A DNA stretch of 64,000 nt from Eledone cirrhosa (taxonomy: Eukaryota). Below the pieces are notes generated by a model, which was not told where the DNA came from, made no database searches, and saw only the letters and a program-made list of their open reading frames with translations. The stretch lies in contig OZ024756.1 of NCBI GenBank assembly GCA_964016885.1, positions 13,268,001 to 13,332,000 on the forward strand, in the 5' to 3' direction. The position numbers and the translations under genes are program-made. Below, in pieces: positions 35,720-49,044 of this stretch; the stretch's first letter is position 1; each line of letters opens with the position of its first letter.

Positions 35720-37525
35720 TCCATAAAGACTTGCTCCTGAGATACACTACTTAGAATATCCTGTGATACCTCAGCCATGGCTTATATAAAGAAGACTTGC
35801 TCTTGAGATACACTATATAGAATATTCTGTGATACCTCAGCCATGGCTTATATAAAGAAGACTTGCTCCTGAGATACACTACTTAGAATATCCTGTGATA
35901 CCTCAGCCATGGCTTATATAAAGACTTGCTCCTGAGATACACTATATAGAATATTCTGTGATACCTCAGCCATGGCTTATATAAAGAAGACTTGCTCTTG
36001 AGATACACTATATAGAATATTCTGTGATACCTCAGCCATGGCTTATATAAAGAAGACTTGCTCCTGAGATACACTACTTAGAATATCCTGTGATACCTCA
36101 GCCATGGCTTATATAAAGAAGACTTGCTCTTGAGATACACTATATAGAATATTCTGTGATACCTCAGCCATGGCTTATATAAAGAAGACTTGCTCCTGAG
36201 ATACACTACTTAGAATATCCTGTGATACCTCAGCCATGGCTTATATAAAGAAGACTTGCTCCTGAGATACACTACTTAGAATATCCTGTGATACCTCAGC
36301 CATGGCTTATATAAAGAAGACTAGCTCCTGAGATACACTATATAGAATATTCTGTGATACCTCAGCCATGGCTTATATAAAGAAGACTTGCTCCTGAGAT
36401 ACACTACTTAGAATATCCTGTGATACCTCAGCCATGGCTTATATAAAGACTTGCTCCTGAGATACACTACTTAGAATATCCTGTGATACCTCAGCCATGG
36501 CTTATATAAAGAAGACTAGCTCCTGAGATACACTATATAGAATATTCTGTGATACCTCAGCCATGGCTTATATAAAGAAGACTTGCTCCTGAGATACACT
36601 ACTTAGAATATCCTGTGATACCTCAGCCATGGCTTATATAAAGACTTGCTCTTGAGATACACTATATAGAATATTCTGTGATACCTCAGCCATGGCTTAT
36701 ATAAAGACTTGCTCTTGAGATACACTATATAGAATATTCTGTGATACCTCAGCCATGGCTTATATAAAGAAGACTTGCTCTTGAGATACACTATATAGAA
36801 TATTCTGTGATACCTCAGCCATGGCTTATATAAAGAAGACTTGCTCTTGAGATACACTATATAGAATATTCTGTGATACCTCAGCCATGGCTTATATAAA
36901 GACTTGCTCCTGAGATACACTACTTAGAATATCCTGTGATACCTCAGCCATGGCTTATATAAAGAAGACTTGCTCTTGAGATACACTATATAGAATATTC
37001 TGTGATACCTCAGCCATGGCCTATATAAAGAAGACTTGCTCTTGAGATACACTATATAGAATATTCTGTGATACCTCAGCCATGGCTTATATAAAGACTT
37101 GCTCCTGAGATACACTACTTAGAATATCCTGTGATACCTCAGCCATGGCTTATATAAAGAAGACTTGCTCTTGAGATACACTATATAGAATATTCTGTGA
37201 TACCTCAGCCATGGCTTATATAAAGAAGACTTGCTCTTGAGATACACTATATAGAATATTCTGTGATACCTCAGCCATGGCTTATATAAAGAAGACTAGC
37301 TCTTGAGATACACTATATAGAATATTCTGTGATACCTCAGCCATGGCTTATATAAAGAAGACTTGCTCTTGAGATACACTATATAGAATATTCTGTGATA
37401 CCTCAGCCATGGCTTATATAAAGACTTGCTCCTGAGATACACTACTTAGAATATCCTGTGATACCTCAGCCATGGCTTATATAAAGACTTGCTCTTGAGA
37501 TACACTATATAGAATATTCTGTGAT
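35720..37525. repeat. 57/54-bp minisatellite (~30 units)
   Basis: Unit CTGTGATACCTCAGCCATGGCTTATATAAAG(AAG)ACTTGCTCYTGAGATACACTAYWTAGAATATY. Confidence 0.95.
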
Positions 37526-39012
37526 CAAAGGAATTAGAACTCATTATTACACGGTGGATTGGCAGTATCGGTAGAGGGTCGGACGTCATGCTTTGACGCA
37601 TAAAGTTACGGCCCTTGCCATTCTGAGTTCAAATCCCGCCGAGGTTAACTTTGCCTTTCATCCTTACGGGGCCGATAAAATAAAGTGCCAGTAATGCACT
37701 GGGGTAATTGCTGGCCTTGTGCCAAAAGTAGAAACAATTATTACACTGCAAATATAATTTCAAATGTTTAGTAGTGGTGTTATTAAAGCTATACACTTCA
37801 CCAAATGCAACACACAAAACAATAACTTGAATTGACGTCCAGATTTAAGCTAACAAATTTTAATGGTGGTGTTGCATGGCCTTAACTGTGATGGCTAAAA
37901 CAAACTAAAAGAACTGAGTTTGTGTAATTATGAAGGTCAAAGACACAAGGTGTTGCACTTGGGAGTGGTATATAGTTTGTGAAGTGATTCTATATAAGTA
38001 TATATTTAGTCCAGTTTTATAATGAGTGTTATAACCCCCAAATCATTTTAGAGCAAAGCTCAATATATATGTATATATATATACCCTCATATAGAATTAC
38101 AATGGAAAAGTGTGAATGTTTAAATCACACACAAACATATATATAAAGTTCATACAGAGAACAAAAGCACTACCCAAAGTTTCAAGGGCCAATATTGATG
38201 TTGTCGCCAGAATATAAGAGGGATCAAAATCAGGTACCTATACAAGATTTATGGCACCTTTGTTTCGTATACAAACATAAATAACATATTTTAGCTCTAT
38301 GCCTCATTGAGAACTGTTTTCCTTTTTCACACTTACGGATATTGCTACATATATATTATGATGATTCAGAAGATTTGTAGTTTACTGAGGAAGGTACCAA
38401 CATTAGCACTCAATGTTATAGCAGAGTGTATATATATCTATATATATCCTCAGTATAAGAATAACATTAAAAAGATGCTGATATTAAATAAATGGTTTAT
38501 TCATTATAATCATTTCAATGGTTTCCTTATGCAAGGGAACCATTGAAATAATTCTAATAAATAAACAATTTATATAATATCAGCATTTTTAAAAATGTTA
38601 TTCTTATACTGAATCTCCATTGTAACTATACACTACGAATGTAGAGAGCTTTCTCCATTTTTTTTTTACCAAAACAACTCTTACTAAACATATATATATC
38701 CTCATATAGAATTACAGTAAAAAAGTGTTGATGTTTAATGGCTTCAACTATGGCCATTTAATTTTCACATTATAAACCAGTCCAAGAAAGAAAATATTAC
38801 ATATACACTACAATTGAACTGATATTTTTCTTTGACTCCTATTTTAGACTTAGATTTAGAGAACATGACAGTTCAATGAAGTCTTGTTTGAACCAAACTG
38901 TAGAAGGCAAAGCAAATAAATCCTAAAACAAAACTGAAAGAATTCTAAAGCAGAAACCACACCACATCAAAAATAGGAGAAAAAGCACAGAAAATAAAAA
39001 CACACCCCTTTG

Positions 39013-39018
39013 TTTATT
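39013..39018 (-). terminator. Candidate polyadenylation signal of PFDN2
   Basis: AATAAA on the minus strand ~97 nt after the stop codon. Confidence 0.45.
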
Positions 39019-39114
39019 TTCAAATAGAAGTTAGAAGGTTTTCGACAATATATTTTAACTGTTCATAAATTGTGGATTTCATTAATATTAAAAAGATCAG
39101 AGATGTTTGTCTTC

Positions 39115-39276
39115 TCAACTAACAAGGACTCCCTGAGTTCCTGGTTTGCTTTCTTGCTTCTCTACCTCACTGGTATCTTCACCACGTATCTTTAAGTTAT
39201 GTGTTTCTCTGTAACTGTTTATTTCTCTTCCTTTCATTTCCAGTTGTTTGTTTAAAGTTTCAATTAACTTTGACAT
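39115..39276 (-). CDS. PFDN2: Prefoldin subunit 2, exon 3 (last coding exon)
   Basis: ttatag|MSKLIETLNKQLEMKGREINSYRETHNLKIRGEDTSEVEKQESKPGTQGVLVS*; the C-terminal GVLVS is typical of PFDN2. Phase 0 matches exon 2. Confidence 0.93.
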   Translation of the reverse strand: MSKLIETLNKQLEMKGREINSYRETHNLKIRGEDTSEVEKQESKPGTQGVLVS

Positions 39277-40181
39277 CTATAAAGTAAATGTAAATAGATA
39301 TTAATTTTAGTGTAGCAATTAATTTTCATGAGAGGAATAGGGGCACCCCTAGCAATACAACAGCCAAGGAACCTCTAATGAGATGCAACACAATAGGAGG
39401 CCAGCTAAACTTAAATTTTTTTTATGACTGGTATAAAGCATTCACTGGTTAGAGTTTTCATGTTACAGCAAAACTAACTATGTAAAACAACTACAATTCA
39501 TTCACTGGTCGTATGTAGTTATCTGTTGGTTGATAAATATATCCAACCCACACATGGACAGGGTGGACTGGGTTCTTTTTATAGAGGCACCAGTATGACC
39601 ACCTTACAGAGTGGTCTGGAGGCTATCTATTGTGACACCAGTACATCCGCCTTACAGGGTGAACTGGAAGCTTTTAGTTGTGGCACCAGTATGACCATCT
39701 TGTAGGGTGGACTGGGAGCTATCTGTTGTTGCACCAGCATATATTATATATACTTTTAAAATACTGCAACACTTTAATCCTTTAGCATTTACATTACTCT
39801 ATATAGTTAGTATTGCATTTTCACAGTAAAGGCTTTATCTCACATATCAAATCTATGAGATTTTGATATTATTTATTTTGAGAACAATACTTTAACATCA
39901 GTATAAGTGGCTAGTTACAGCTGGTTTAAACAGAAAGAGGTGAGAGAATTCTGGCCGGATACAGTCGGTTTAAATAAGCTCTGATTGAGCAGACCTCAAG
40001 GTCTTCCAAGGATTTCCAGCTGTGAATATTTCATCTTTTTTTTTTAAATGGTAGTGTGTGATATGGAGATTTGGGTGCTATTTCTAGCAGGCCTGGCAAT
40101 TAAATTGGGGCACTTTTGTTGGATTTAATAAATAGTATCATATCTAAAAAACCACTTATGCCAGCCCTACACCTTTGGCTA

Positions 40182-40213
<32 letters not shown>

Positions 40214-40324
40214 GGGGGCATTATATTTGGTACTGATCTTTATTTGAACATTTATAAAATACACAGGCACAATACAACATGTTATGACTACAACGGAATG
40301 AATAGATTTTGAGGTTATAAACAA

Positions 40325-40665
40325 TGGAGGCACATGGTTTAGTGGTTAGAGCATTGGCCTTGCAATCGAAAGGTTGTGAGTTCAATTCTCAGATCGGGTG
40401 ATGTGTTGTTTCCTTGAGCAAGACACTTTATTTCACATTGCCCCAGTTTACTCAGCTGTAGAAATGAGATGATAGGGACTGGGGTCCCTATCATTCCACT
40501 GCAAAGTGGACGTGGAGGTGCCAAGGCAAAAAAGCACCCAGCACTCACTGTAAATGAGGTTGGTGTTAGGAAGGGCATCCAGCTGTAGAAATCAAGCCAG
40601 AATAAGTTCCCGTCCCACCCTTGCAAGCAGGGAAAAAGCGGACGTAAAAATGAAATGATGAAATG
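40325..40665 (+). mobile_element. tRNA-derived CORE-type SINE family 2 (other copies at ~49410-49735 -, 50080-50440 -, 58885-59240 +; tail-only pieces at 33770-34070, 41250-41490, 50860-51140, 55640-55880, 63630-63930)
   Basis: A-box TGGTTTAGTGG, B-box GAGTTCAATTC, CORE-like CCTTGAGCAAGACACTTTATTTCACATTGC, tail GTTGGTGTTAGGAAGGGCATCCAGCTGTAGAAA...GGACGTAAAA(TGA)n. Confidence 0.85.
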
Positions 40666-40703
40666 AAGTGAATCAAACAAATCTGTACAACAGCAGTGTA
40701 TAT

Positions 40704-41003
40704 ACAGTCTACCTCACCGACATTTGCGGTCCCGGTTATTTGCGGAATTTACCCTTGAACCTAACTGATAATTGTTCATGGAAACCACCGCATATTCGTG
40801 GAATTGTAAATATCTTTTGTGATTTTTTAATGGTTTTTTCGTGGCAATATATTTTTCCTGCTTTTTAATGTTAAATTATTAATAACAATGTACTGTATTT
40901 GCCGGACTATATTTTACGTTATGTCTTGCTGCTTATAGGCATTTTTATGGACCATGTCCAATATTCACGGGCGCTCTAAGAATGTAACACCAGGGGACTA
41001 CTG
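40704..41003. mobile_element. pogo/Tigger-like MITE remnant in PFDN2 intron 2
   Basis: TA-CAGTCTACCTC ... GGGGACTACTG-TA termini. Confidence 0.45.
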
Positions 41004-41516
41004 TATATAAACACATCTGTACAAGTGTAGTATATATATATATAAACACATCTGTACAACTGCAGTGTGTATATAAACATAGGTACAACTGCAGTGTATA
41101 TATAAACACATCTATACAATTGCAGAGTGTATAAATAAATTTACAACTGCAGTGTATATATAAACGCATCTATACAATTGCAGAGTGTATAAATAAATTT
41201 ACAACTGCAGTGTATATATACAAATCTCTATGACTGCACTTCTTTTTTATTCACAAAAACACCCAGTCCACACTGTAAAGTGGCCATGTAGGTGACACAA
41301 CAAAAAGCACCCAGTCCACACTGTAAATGTCGTTGGCATTAGGAAGGGCATCCAGCTGTAGAAACCAAGACAAAATCAGTTCTGTATTAGCAAGGCATGG
41401 TCATCTGATCTGGCTTGACTCACAGCAGGACAACTCATCTAACCAATGCTAACGTGGAAAAATGTACATTAAACGATGATGATGATGATATTTTACAAGA
41501 CTACAACACCTCTTAC

Positions 41517-41640
41517 CTGTTGTTTGTTATTTATTATAGCGGGCAAGACATCTTTCACTGTCCTCTCAACAAGAACACCACCCAGCATTCGGAAACATTT
41601 CTTACCAGGGTCAACATCTGTCAGATTCTCTATCACAAGA
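41517..41640 (-). CDS. PFDN2: Prefoldin subunit 2, exon 2
   Basis: ttccag|(N)LVIENLTDVDPGKKCFRMLGGVLVERTVKDVLPAIINNKQQ|gtaaga; contains the diagnostic CFRMxGGVLVERTV. 124 nt, phase 2 to phase 0. Confidence 0.95.
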
Positions 41641-41894
41641 CTGGAAAGAGACAATGTGAAAATAGTTTACGAGGAAAATATTAATTATTGATTTAGTGGA
41701 GAAAAAGACATCAATGAACTTTATCATAATATTAATATATTTTTAGATAGAACACAACCTGCACACAATTGGACAGGTGACAACTCACACAGACTGACTG
41801 GCCACTCAAGAATACACACATACACTGATTGAGCACTGGTGAACACTCACACTGACTGACCAATTGAGAACCTGTTTACAATAAGCACAGATAT

Positions 41895-43105
41895 GTTGGC
41901 AACATCCAGTAATAGGAGATGGGACTACAAACATATCTTTCAATGTTTCATTGTAAGATATAGTGTGAGGCAACATCCAGTAATAGGTGATGGGACTACA
42001 AACATATCTTTCAATGTTCATTGTAAGATATAGTGTGAGGCAACATCCAGTAATAGGTGATGGGACTACAAACATATCTTTCAATGTTCATTGTAAGATA
42101 TAGTGTGAGGCAACATCCAGTAATAGGTGATGGGACTACAAACATATCTTTCAATGTTTCATTGTAAGATATAGTGTGAGGCAACATCCAGTAATAGGAG
42201 ATGGGACTACAAACATATCTTTCAATGTTTCATTGTAAGGTATAGTTTGAGGCAACATCCAGTAATAGGTGATGGGACTACAAACATATCTTTCAATGTT
42301 TCATTGTAAGATATAGTGTGAGGCAACATCCAGTAATAGGAGATGGGACTACAAACATATCTTTCAATGTTCATTGTAAGATATAGTGTGAGGCAACATC
42401 CAGTAATAGGAGATGGGACTACAAACATATCTTTCAATGTTTCATTGTAAGATATAGTGTGAGGCAACATCCAGTAATAGGTGATGGGACTACAAACATA
42501 TCTTTCAATGTTTCATTGTAAGATATAGTGTGAGGCAACATCCAGTAATAGGTGATGGGACTACAAACATATCTTTCAATGTTCATTGTAAGATATAGTG
42601 TGAGGCAACATCCAGTAATAGGTGATGGGACTACAAACATATCTTTCAATGTTTCATTGTAAGATATAGTGTGAGGCAACATCCAGTAATAGGTGATGGG
42701 ACTACAAACATATCTTTCAATGTTTCATTGTAAGATATAGTGTGAGGCAACATCCAGTAATAGGTGATGGGACTACAAACATATCTTTCAATGTTTCATT
42801 GTAAGGTATAGTGTGAGGCAACATCCAGTAATAGGTGATGGGACTACAAACATATCTTTCAATGTTTCATTGTAAGGTATAGTGTGAGGCAACATCCAGT
42901 AATAGGAGATGGGACTACAAACATATCTTTCAATGTTCATTGTAAGATATAGTGTGAGGCAACATCCAGTAATAGGTGATGGGACTACAAACATATCTTT
43001 CAATGTTTCATTGTAAGATATAGTGTGAGGCAACATCCAGTAATAGGTGATGGGACTACAAACATATCTTTCAATGTTTCATTGTAAGATATAGTGTGAG
43101 GCAAC
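41895..43105. repeat. 70/71-bp minisatellite (~17 units) in PFDN2 intron 1
   Basis: Unit GGCAACATCCAGTAATAGGTGATGGGACTACAAACATATCTTTCAATGTT(T)CATTGTAAGATATAGTGTGA. Confidence 0.95.
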
Positions 43106-45336
43106 ACAATACTGAGGTTTGATCCAGTAACAGATGGTAGAATATCAAACATATCTTACAATGTTTCATTCAAAGGAGTGGTTATGTCCATACAGTGTTT
43201 TCCCAACCTGTTTTGATAAATCAGGAAGTTTAAGGGTTGGCTGTATTCAAATATATGCAAAGAGGACTCTGTATGGAATGAAGGAGGAGGGATGTGGTGA
43301 GTTTAGAATAATTTCTATTTTGGAGAAATTAACTAGAACTGATTAAAAAATACATGTTACATGTATATTTTTAAATGGTGGACAAATATATAGAGAAAAT
43401 AAAAAAAATTACGAGACACCTTGGCGCAGTGATGGGGCTTGTGAACTATGTCAGTCAAGCTTGTTGAACGATGTTGGAAAAATTAGGTTCGAGGCCCTAG
43501 ACCAAATCCACCCCCTACGAACCTGCACTGGGCCAGTGTGGTAGGTCACGACCCACTTACTCCCCATCTAACACACCACAACTGAAACATATCGTATATG
43601 CCTTCGCGGATTCGCAGTATCAATAATGTAAGACATGCTTGGCAGCAGAATTACGGCCCTTTGCGTTCTGAGTTTAGCGTTGCCCTTCATCCTTACGGGG
43701 CAATAAAATAAAGCACCAGTAATGCACTGAGGTCGATTTAATCGACTTTCCCCTACCCCAAAATTGTTGGCATAGAACAACACTATGACTACATCACATT
43801 CAAAAGTGAAGTCTTTAATATTGGAAATGTTCGCAACACTGTCCACTGTTTAAAAATACGATATACTTGAATTAATCAATCCATTTTTAGGTCTACCTAA
43901 GTAATTATGGAATTGTACGAAACTATAAAAATGCCTTTTCCTAAAGATATGTTGTTGAAGAAAAAAAAAAGTGGATTTTCTCCTTTAACAGAGAAGAGGT
44001 GGTGGAGTTGGGGATAACGTCATCTATCACGATTTGGTCATCATTACAGAGTTATGTCCCCTCTATTAAAAAAAAAACGTTAGTCTGTCCCAACCCATCA
44101 GGCCAGTTTTAATCGACGTTAGGCCACTGAGAGTAGAAGACTTCCCCATAGGATATGAAGCCAGTCCATTGCAGGGTTAAACTCCCACGCTACTGCTGGG
44201 ACTAATTTTCAACTGGGTGTGTAATGGAGCAACGTGAAATGAAGTGCTTTACGCCAGAACACAGCACACAAGCTGATCTAGGAATCGAACCCATAATATT
44301 ATAATGGCAAGTACAACGCCCCAACCACAAGACCATGCTTGTCCTTTCTATTAAAATCTAATAACGAGTCATTGAAAAGGACATGAAAGTCTTTGGTAGA
44401 GGCGAACTTGGTTTTAATCATTTCCCCCAAATTTTTTTTTAATTTTTGAAACTCATTTCTATATAGAGGGTGTCCCACCCCACCAAATATATACACTTCA
44501 ACAACGTTCTAATAAATATTGCCTGTACAGGTAATCAAAGTGTGAATACATTTTTGGGGGACACCCTGTATTTTTAAATTACAGCAGAAATTCTACTGAT
44601 TTGGGAACATTTAAACAGTGGGTAAAACTATTTTCTGTTTTATTTGTCAAGTGGTAGATTGGCAGCATCGGTAGAGCGTCAGACACCATGCTTTGCAGCA
44701 TAGTTATGACCCTTTACGTCCTGGGTTCAAATCCCGTCGAGGTTAACTTTGCCTTTCATCCTTACGGGGTCGATAAAATAAAGTACCAGTAATACACTGG
44801 AATAATTTTTTGCCTGCCTTACGCCAAAAGTAGAAACACATTTCTACCACATTGTACCGGCTTAGTGAAAAGTCTGTCTTTTACTACGTATCTCACAATA
44901 CTTCATATTAACTACACTATTATATTTTCATCTTTTTTTTTTTAGATATTTTTTTCTTTATTCATCCCCTTAAATAGTCGATCAGAAATGTTTAAAAGGG
45001 AAGAACACACGTGGGATGCAGTGTGTACCCTGCTTTGCAACATAGAGTTATAGCCCTTTACGTTCTCAGTTCAAATCCAGTCGAGGTTAGCTTTTCCTTA
45101 CATCTTTGCGATGTCGATAAAACGAAACACCGGTAATGCACTTGGGTCGATTTAATCGACTCACTCTTCTCTAAGAATTGCTGGCCTTGTGCCTATAGCA
45201 AGAACAATTATTAATGGCAGCAAAGCTTTGTTTTAATGCAGTAAAAAACAAATAAGAAACCAAAGCCTGCATATACACGTAACATTGATCAGCTTTTGTA
45301 GAGATGACACTACAGAATTATCATACGAATGTATAA

Positions 45337-46028
45337 GGTGTTTAAGTAAACCTTAAGTTTCACGTCGGAAATGAAATTTATTTTCATTTTCGCGTATTTA
45401 TTTTCATTTTGTGTGTGTTGAAACAAAAAAATAACATATTGAAACGTTTATTGCACCGTATAAATTGCTCCAATGCAGTTTATCATCTCGCCAAACTTGA
45501 CACCAACTCTCTGCCGCCAAAGAAATTCTGCAATATACGATTGAAATACGGAGACTCCCGTTTCTCGAATCACCTGAGCTTGTGTATAATCGTAGCACCA
45601 CATGTATAAAATAAAAATAAGGTGATCGAGTGGCACATGGCTTCCTTGAAAAAAAAACAATTATGTCGCACTGATTGACAGAAATTGTTGCGGTTGCTTC
45701 TCCATTTCTCGTTACCCTCAGAATAGCGGTTTAATGTGCACGCTTCATTACAAACAGGAAAACTGATGCTGTTTGCCACCAATCGCCGCCTCGCCAACCA
45801 CTGTAACACAGATTGTCACCGTGCATCGCAGGTATAGGAGTAAGAAGTGTAATATTCTCATTAAGGATGTCATTTGTATCCAAAACATCATCAACTAACG
45901 TAGTGCGAGCACGTAGTCGTCCAACCATTTTTTGGATTCAGATAAACAATATTTTTTAATGAATCGAAAATGAAATAAAGTAAATTTCATTTCCGACGTT
46001 TACCAGGTTTACCAGGTGTTTATGCACC
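45337..46028 (-). mobile_element. Internally deleted Merlin/IS1595-like DNA transposon
   Basis: Frameshifted N-terminal transposase (LQWLARRRLV...C..C.L...WR...CQSVRH..FFQGSHVPLDHLIFILYMW). Subterminal inverted repeats ACGTCGGAAATGAAATTTA...TTCATTTTCG at ~45362-45392 and ~45965-45998. No TSD seen. Confidence 0.7.
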
Positions 46029-46617
46029 TAGAATAGAAATAAATTTCCCCGAAGTTTGGTAATATAATATGAAATCAGATTTGCTGCATTAATTTCAATG
46101 AATAATCAATGCAACACCAGGCTTTATGAACAGAAGTAAACATACACATGTACATCAAGTTCGGACACAGAGGAGCCGAACTTCCAGTCATCCCCTCCGT
46201 GTCACTCGCCCTCCACACCTCTCACTATTATGAGATGACTAAAGCCATTCCGACCATACCTGTCTCATTTTTCTTTTATGCAGCGGATTACATCATGCAA
46301 TGGGCGATTATTTTATCCAAGAGAGTAAGGTGTAATTAGAGAATAGATTTGACTGTTATTTTTAGCATATCGAGCAACCACATTCACATATTTTCGTTCC
46401 TTACCACTTGCATGAATCTATGTAAGCAAACCATGATTATATCCTGGAATTAATTTCTAAATATGTACTGCAAATAATTTCACAACGAAATTATTTATAA
46501 AGACAATTTCATATTTTAAAATATGTTCTTCTCTCTATTGTTAAATTAAAGGAGACGACAGGAGGGGATTCTAACACGAAATAAACAAAGAATAAAACAT
46601 AAAACAAAGCTAAGTAC

Positions 46618-46751
46618 TTGTGTTCCTTTAAATCCATTTCCACTTCTGATATTTTCGAAGCAAGAGCACGTTGCTGTTGTCGTAAGTCCTGGAAACCAGC
46701 AATAATTTGTTCATTACATTTAGATTTGTTACTTTTGGCCGTGGACGCCAT
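46618..46751 (-). CDS. PFDN2: Prefoldin subunit 2, exon 1
   Basis: MASTAKSNKSKCNEQIIAGFQDLRQQQRALASKISEVEMDLKEH-aa|gtactt; 134 nt, phase 2 fits exon 2. Total protein is 139 aa. Confidence 0.93.
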
Positions 46752-46773
46752 ATTGACTTATGTTCAGGAAGAA

Positions 46774-46788
46774 TGATGTCACTTCCGG
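46774..46788 (-). promoter_or_regulatory. ETS + CRE-like composite motif upstream of PFDN2
   Basis: CCGGAAGTGACATCA, 22 nt upstream of the ATG; resembles the overlapping ETS-CRE element of housekeeping promoters. Confidence 0.55.
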
Positions 46789-46857
46789 GGTGTTAATAAA
46801 ATGACAAAACGAAACGAAACACGAAAACGAAACCAAAAACGAAATAATAATTATTTC

Positions 46858-47188
46858 GGCACTACAACGCTATTAGCTGTCAGTCGAAAGCAGCCGATGA
46901 AAGCAAAACATCGTTTATTTCCGTAATACTACCACGCGTAAGTGGAGTTTCTTTTTTCTAATTAACTTAAATTTGTTTTCTAATTTGGCCCTTTTAAGGG
47001 CCACCTATATTTTCATTTAAGTAACTCCACTTATATCGATATGCTTTAATAAAAAAAATAAAAAGCGCGTGAAAACTACACTTACGCGTGGTTGTAGTAA
47101 TACGGAAATAAACGATAACGAATGACGTCACCTTCGCCTGCTTTCATCGGCTACTTTCACGACTGACAGCTAATAGCGTTGTAGTGCC
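46858..47188. mobile_element. Palindromic MITE with GG termini and an 8-bp TSD (Merlin-like)
   Basis: TIRs GGCACTACAACGCTATTAGCTGTCAGTCG...; perfect TSD ATTATTTC on both sides. Confidence 0.85.
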
Positions 47189-48199
47189 ATTATTTCTACT
47201 GGGTTTTGCTGGCCTTGTGCCAATGGTAGAAACAATTATTTCTACTTTTGGTACAAGGCCAGCAATTACCTCAGTGTATTACTGGTACTTTATTTTATCG
47301 ATCACGTAAGGATGAAAGGCAAAGTTAACCTCGGCGGGATTTGAACTCAGATCATAAAGGGCCGTAACTCTTTGCTGCAAAGCATGGCGTCCGGCCCTTA
47401 CCGATACTGCCAAATCACCGCCCAAAAGCGAAATAATTGTTTCTATTTTTGGTACAAGGCCAGTAATTACCTCAGTACATTACTGGTACTTTATTTTATC
47501 GACCCCGTAAGGATGAAAAAGCGAAATAATAATATATGAAGGTAGAAACAGTTATATATATATATATATATTATTGTCACTATATATATATTATTGTCAC
47601 TATATATATAATATATATATTATTGTCACTATATATATTATATATATATTATTGTCACTATATATATTATATATATATTATTGTCACTATATATATATAT
47701 ATAGTGACAATAATATATATATAAAGTTGTATTTCTGTTTGTTTGTTCACGAACTCCTCCTATGGTTTTGGAGATAGACCCCCATAACCATATATATTCT
47801 GAAACTACATTGCCCAGGGTACTTGGATAAGTATATTTCATTTTAATCAAAGGGTTCCCCGTGGGCACAAACCCTGCTGAAAATTTTTTCCCTTCGATTT
47901 ATATGAAATTTAAACCATAGGTAAATGACAAGATATGAAGCCTATTCACAAAAGTTTTGAATTGATATTTTGAAAAAATTTATTGACAAGAAACAAAATA
48001 AGAATAACATTTAATAATGTAATTTTGATTTGATATATTACAAAAAGTAATGTTTTCCAATTTTTCATGCATTACATTTTACATTGAGTGATTACATTGA
48101 GTAACATATATCGGCCGAAGTAAGAGTGAGGAATTTCACAACTATCTGCGTGGATCGTGTTGACAGAAGGAAGGGTGGAACTGCCATTTTCCTGCATGA

Positions 48200-48370
48200 T
48201 TCCTTTACAGCAGATGGTAACACAACATTCTCCAATGGCTACTGTGAATCAGTCACTGCACAACAAAGCCAATGACCTGATATTAGTTGGGCTCTATAGG
48301 CCACCCCAAGCACCCATAATGCGCTTCAAAGAATTCCTCAACAGCATTAAGTGCTTTAGCAGCAGTGCCA
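48200..48370 (+). mobile_element. Degenerate LINE APE-endonuclease fragment
   Basis: DLILVGLYRPPQAPIMRFKEFL contains the YRPP motif. Confidence 0.5.
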
Positions 48371-48372
48371 TT

Positions 48373-48908
48373 CTAGTAACATACGGAGGTGACGAGGGAG
48401 TGGTGGGAGGGGTCGATGGCGACGGAGATGTCCAAGAAGTGGACGTGGGTGGTGAAGTGGAGGGAGGGGTGGAAGGAGAGGAAGGAGTCGAGCTGTTTTT
48501 GGGTGAGGGTCGTGGCCCCGATGCAGTCGTCAATGTACCGATTGTACAGTTCGGGCATGGGCCGGTGTATTGGGCAAAGATTTGGGCCTCAACATGGCCA
48601 ATGAAAAGGTTGGCATAGTTGGGGCCCATTCTTGTGCCTTTGGCTACCCCAGTGAACTGTTGGTAAAATTCACCTGAGAAGGAGAAGCAGTTAAGGGTGA
48701 GGACCAGCTTGCCGAGGCGGGGGAGGGGCAAAGGTCGAGGTAGTGTTGGAGGGCACAGAGGCCGTCGGCGTGGGGGATGTCTAGGGTGAAGAAGAGGGGG
48801 TGTGGGAAAGGTGAGCGAGTAAAAAAAGTGAAGGGCGTGGTCTACCTATACTGCGTCTTCCTTAATAGATTAAAATTTAAGCAAAGAATTGCTGCTTTCA
48901 CCCTTAAT
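48373..48908 (-). mobile_element. Penelope-like element reverse transcriptase fragment with an upstream half-hammerhead
   Basis: LVLTLNCFSFSGEFYQQFTGVAKGTRMGPNYANLFIG...RYIDDC...VHFLDI are PLE RT motifs. 48868-48908 matches the 3' half of the HHR at 61944-61994. Confidence 0.85.
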
Positions 48909-48981
48909 ATATGCTACAAGAAGCATACACAGTAAAATCCTTTACAACATCATGTGTTCCTGTTTTTTTCTGTTTAAATTC

Positions 48982-49044
48982 TTACTGCCTGATGAGGTCA
49001 TAGCTGTTGAATAATGGCTATCACTGAAATATATATAGCAGCAA
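48982..49044 (+). ncRNA. Type I hammerhead ribozyme (same family as 15339/16172)
   Basis: CUGC-CUGAUGA-GGUCAUAGCU...GGCUAUCACU-GAAA-UAUAUA-UA-GCAG, followed by AAUAAACGAA as at 16242. Confidence 0.82.

Noticed and set aside
46509-46617. ORF-track extension of PFDN2 exon 1 (YLALFYVLFF...)
   Set aside because: Read-through into intron 1 past the GT donor at 46617.
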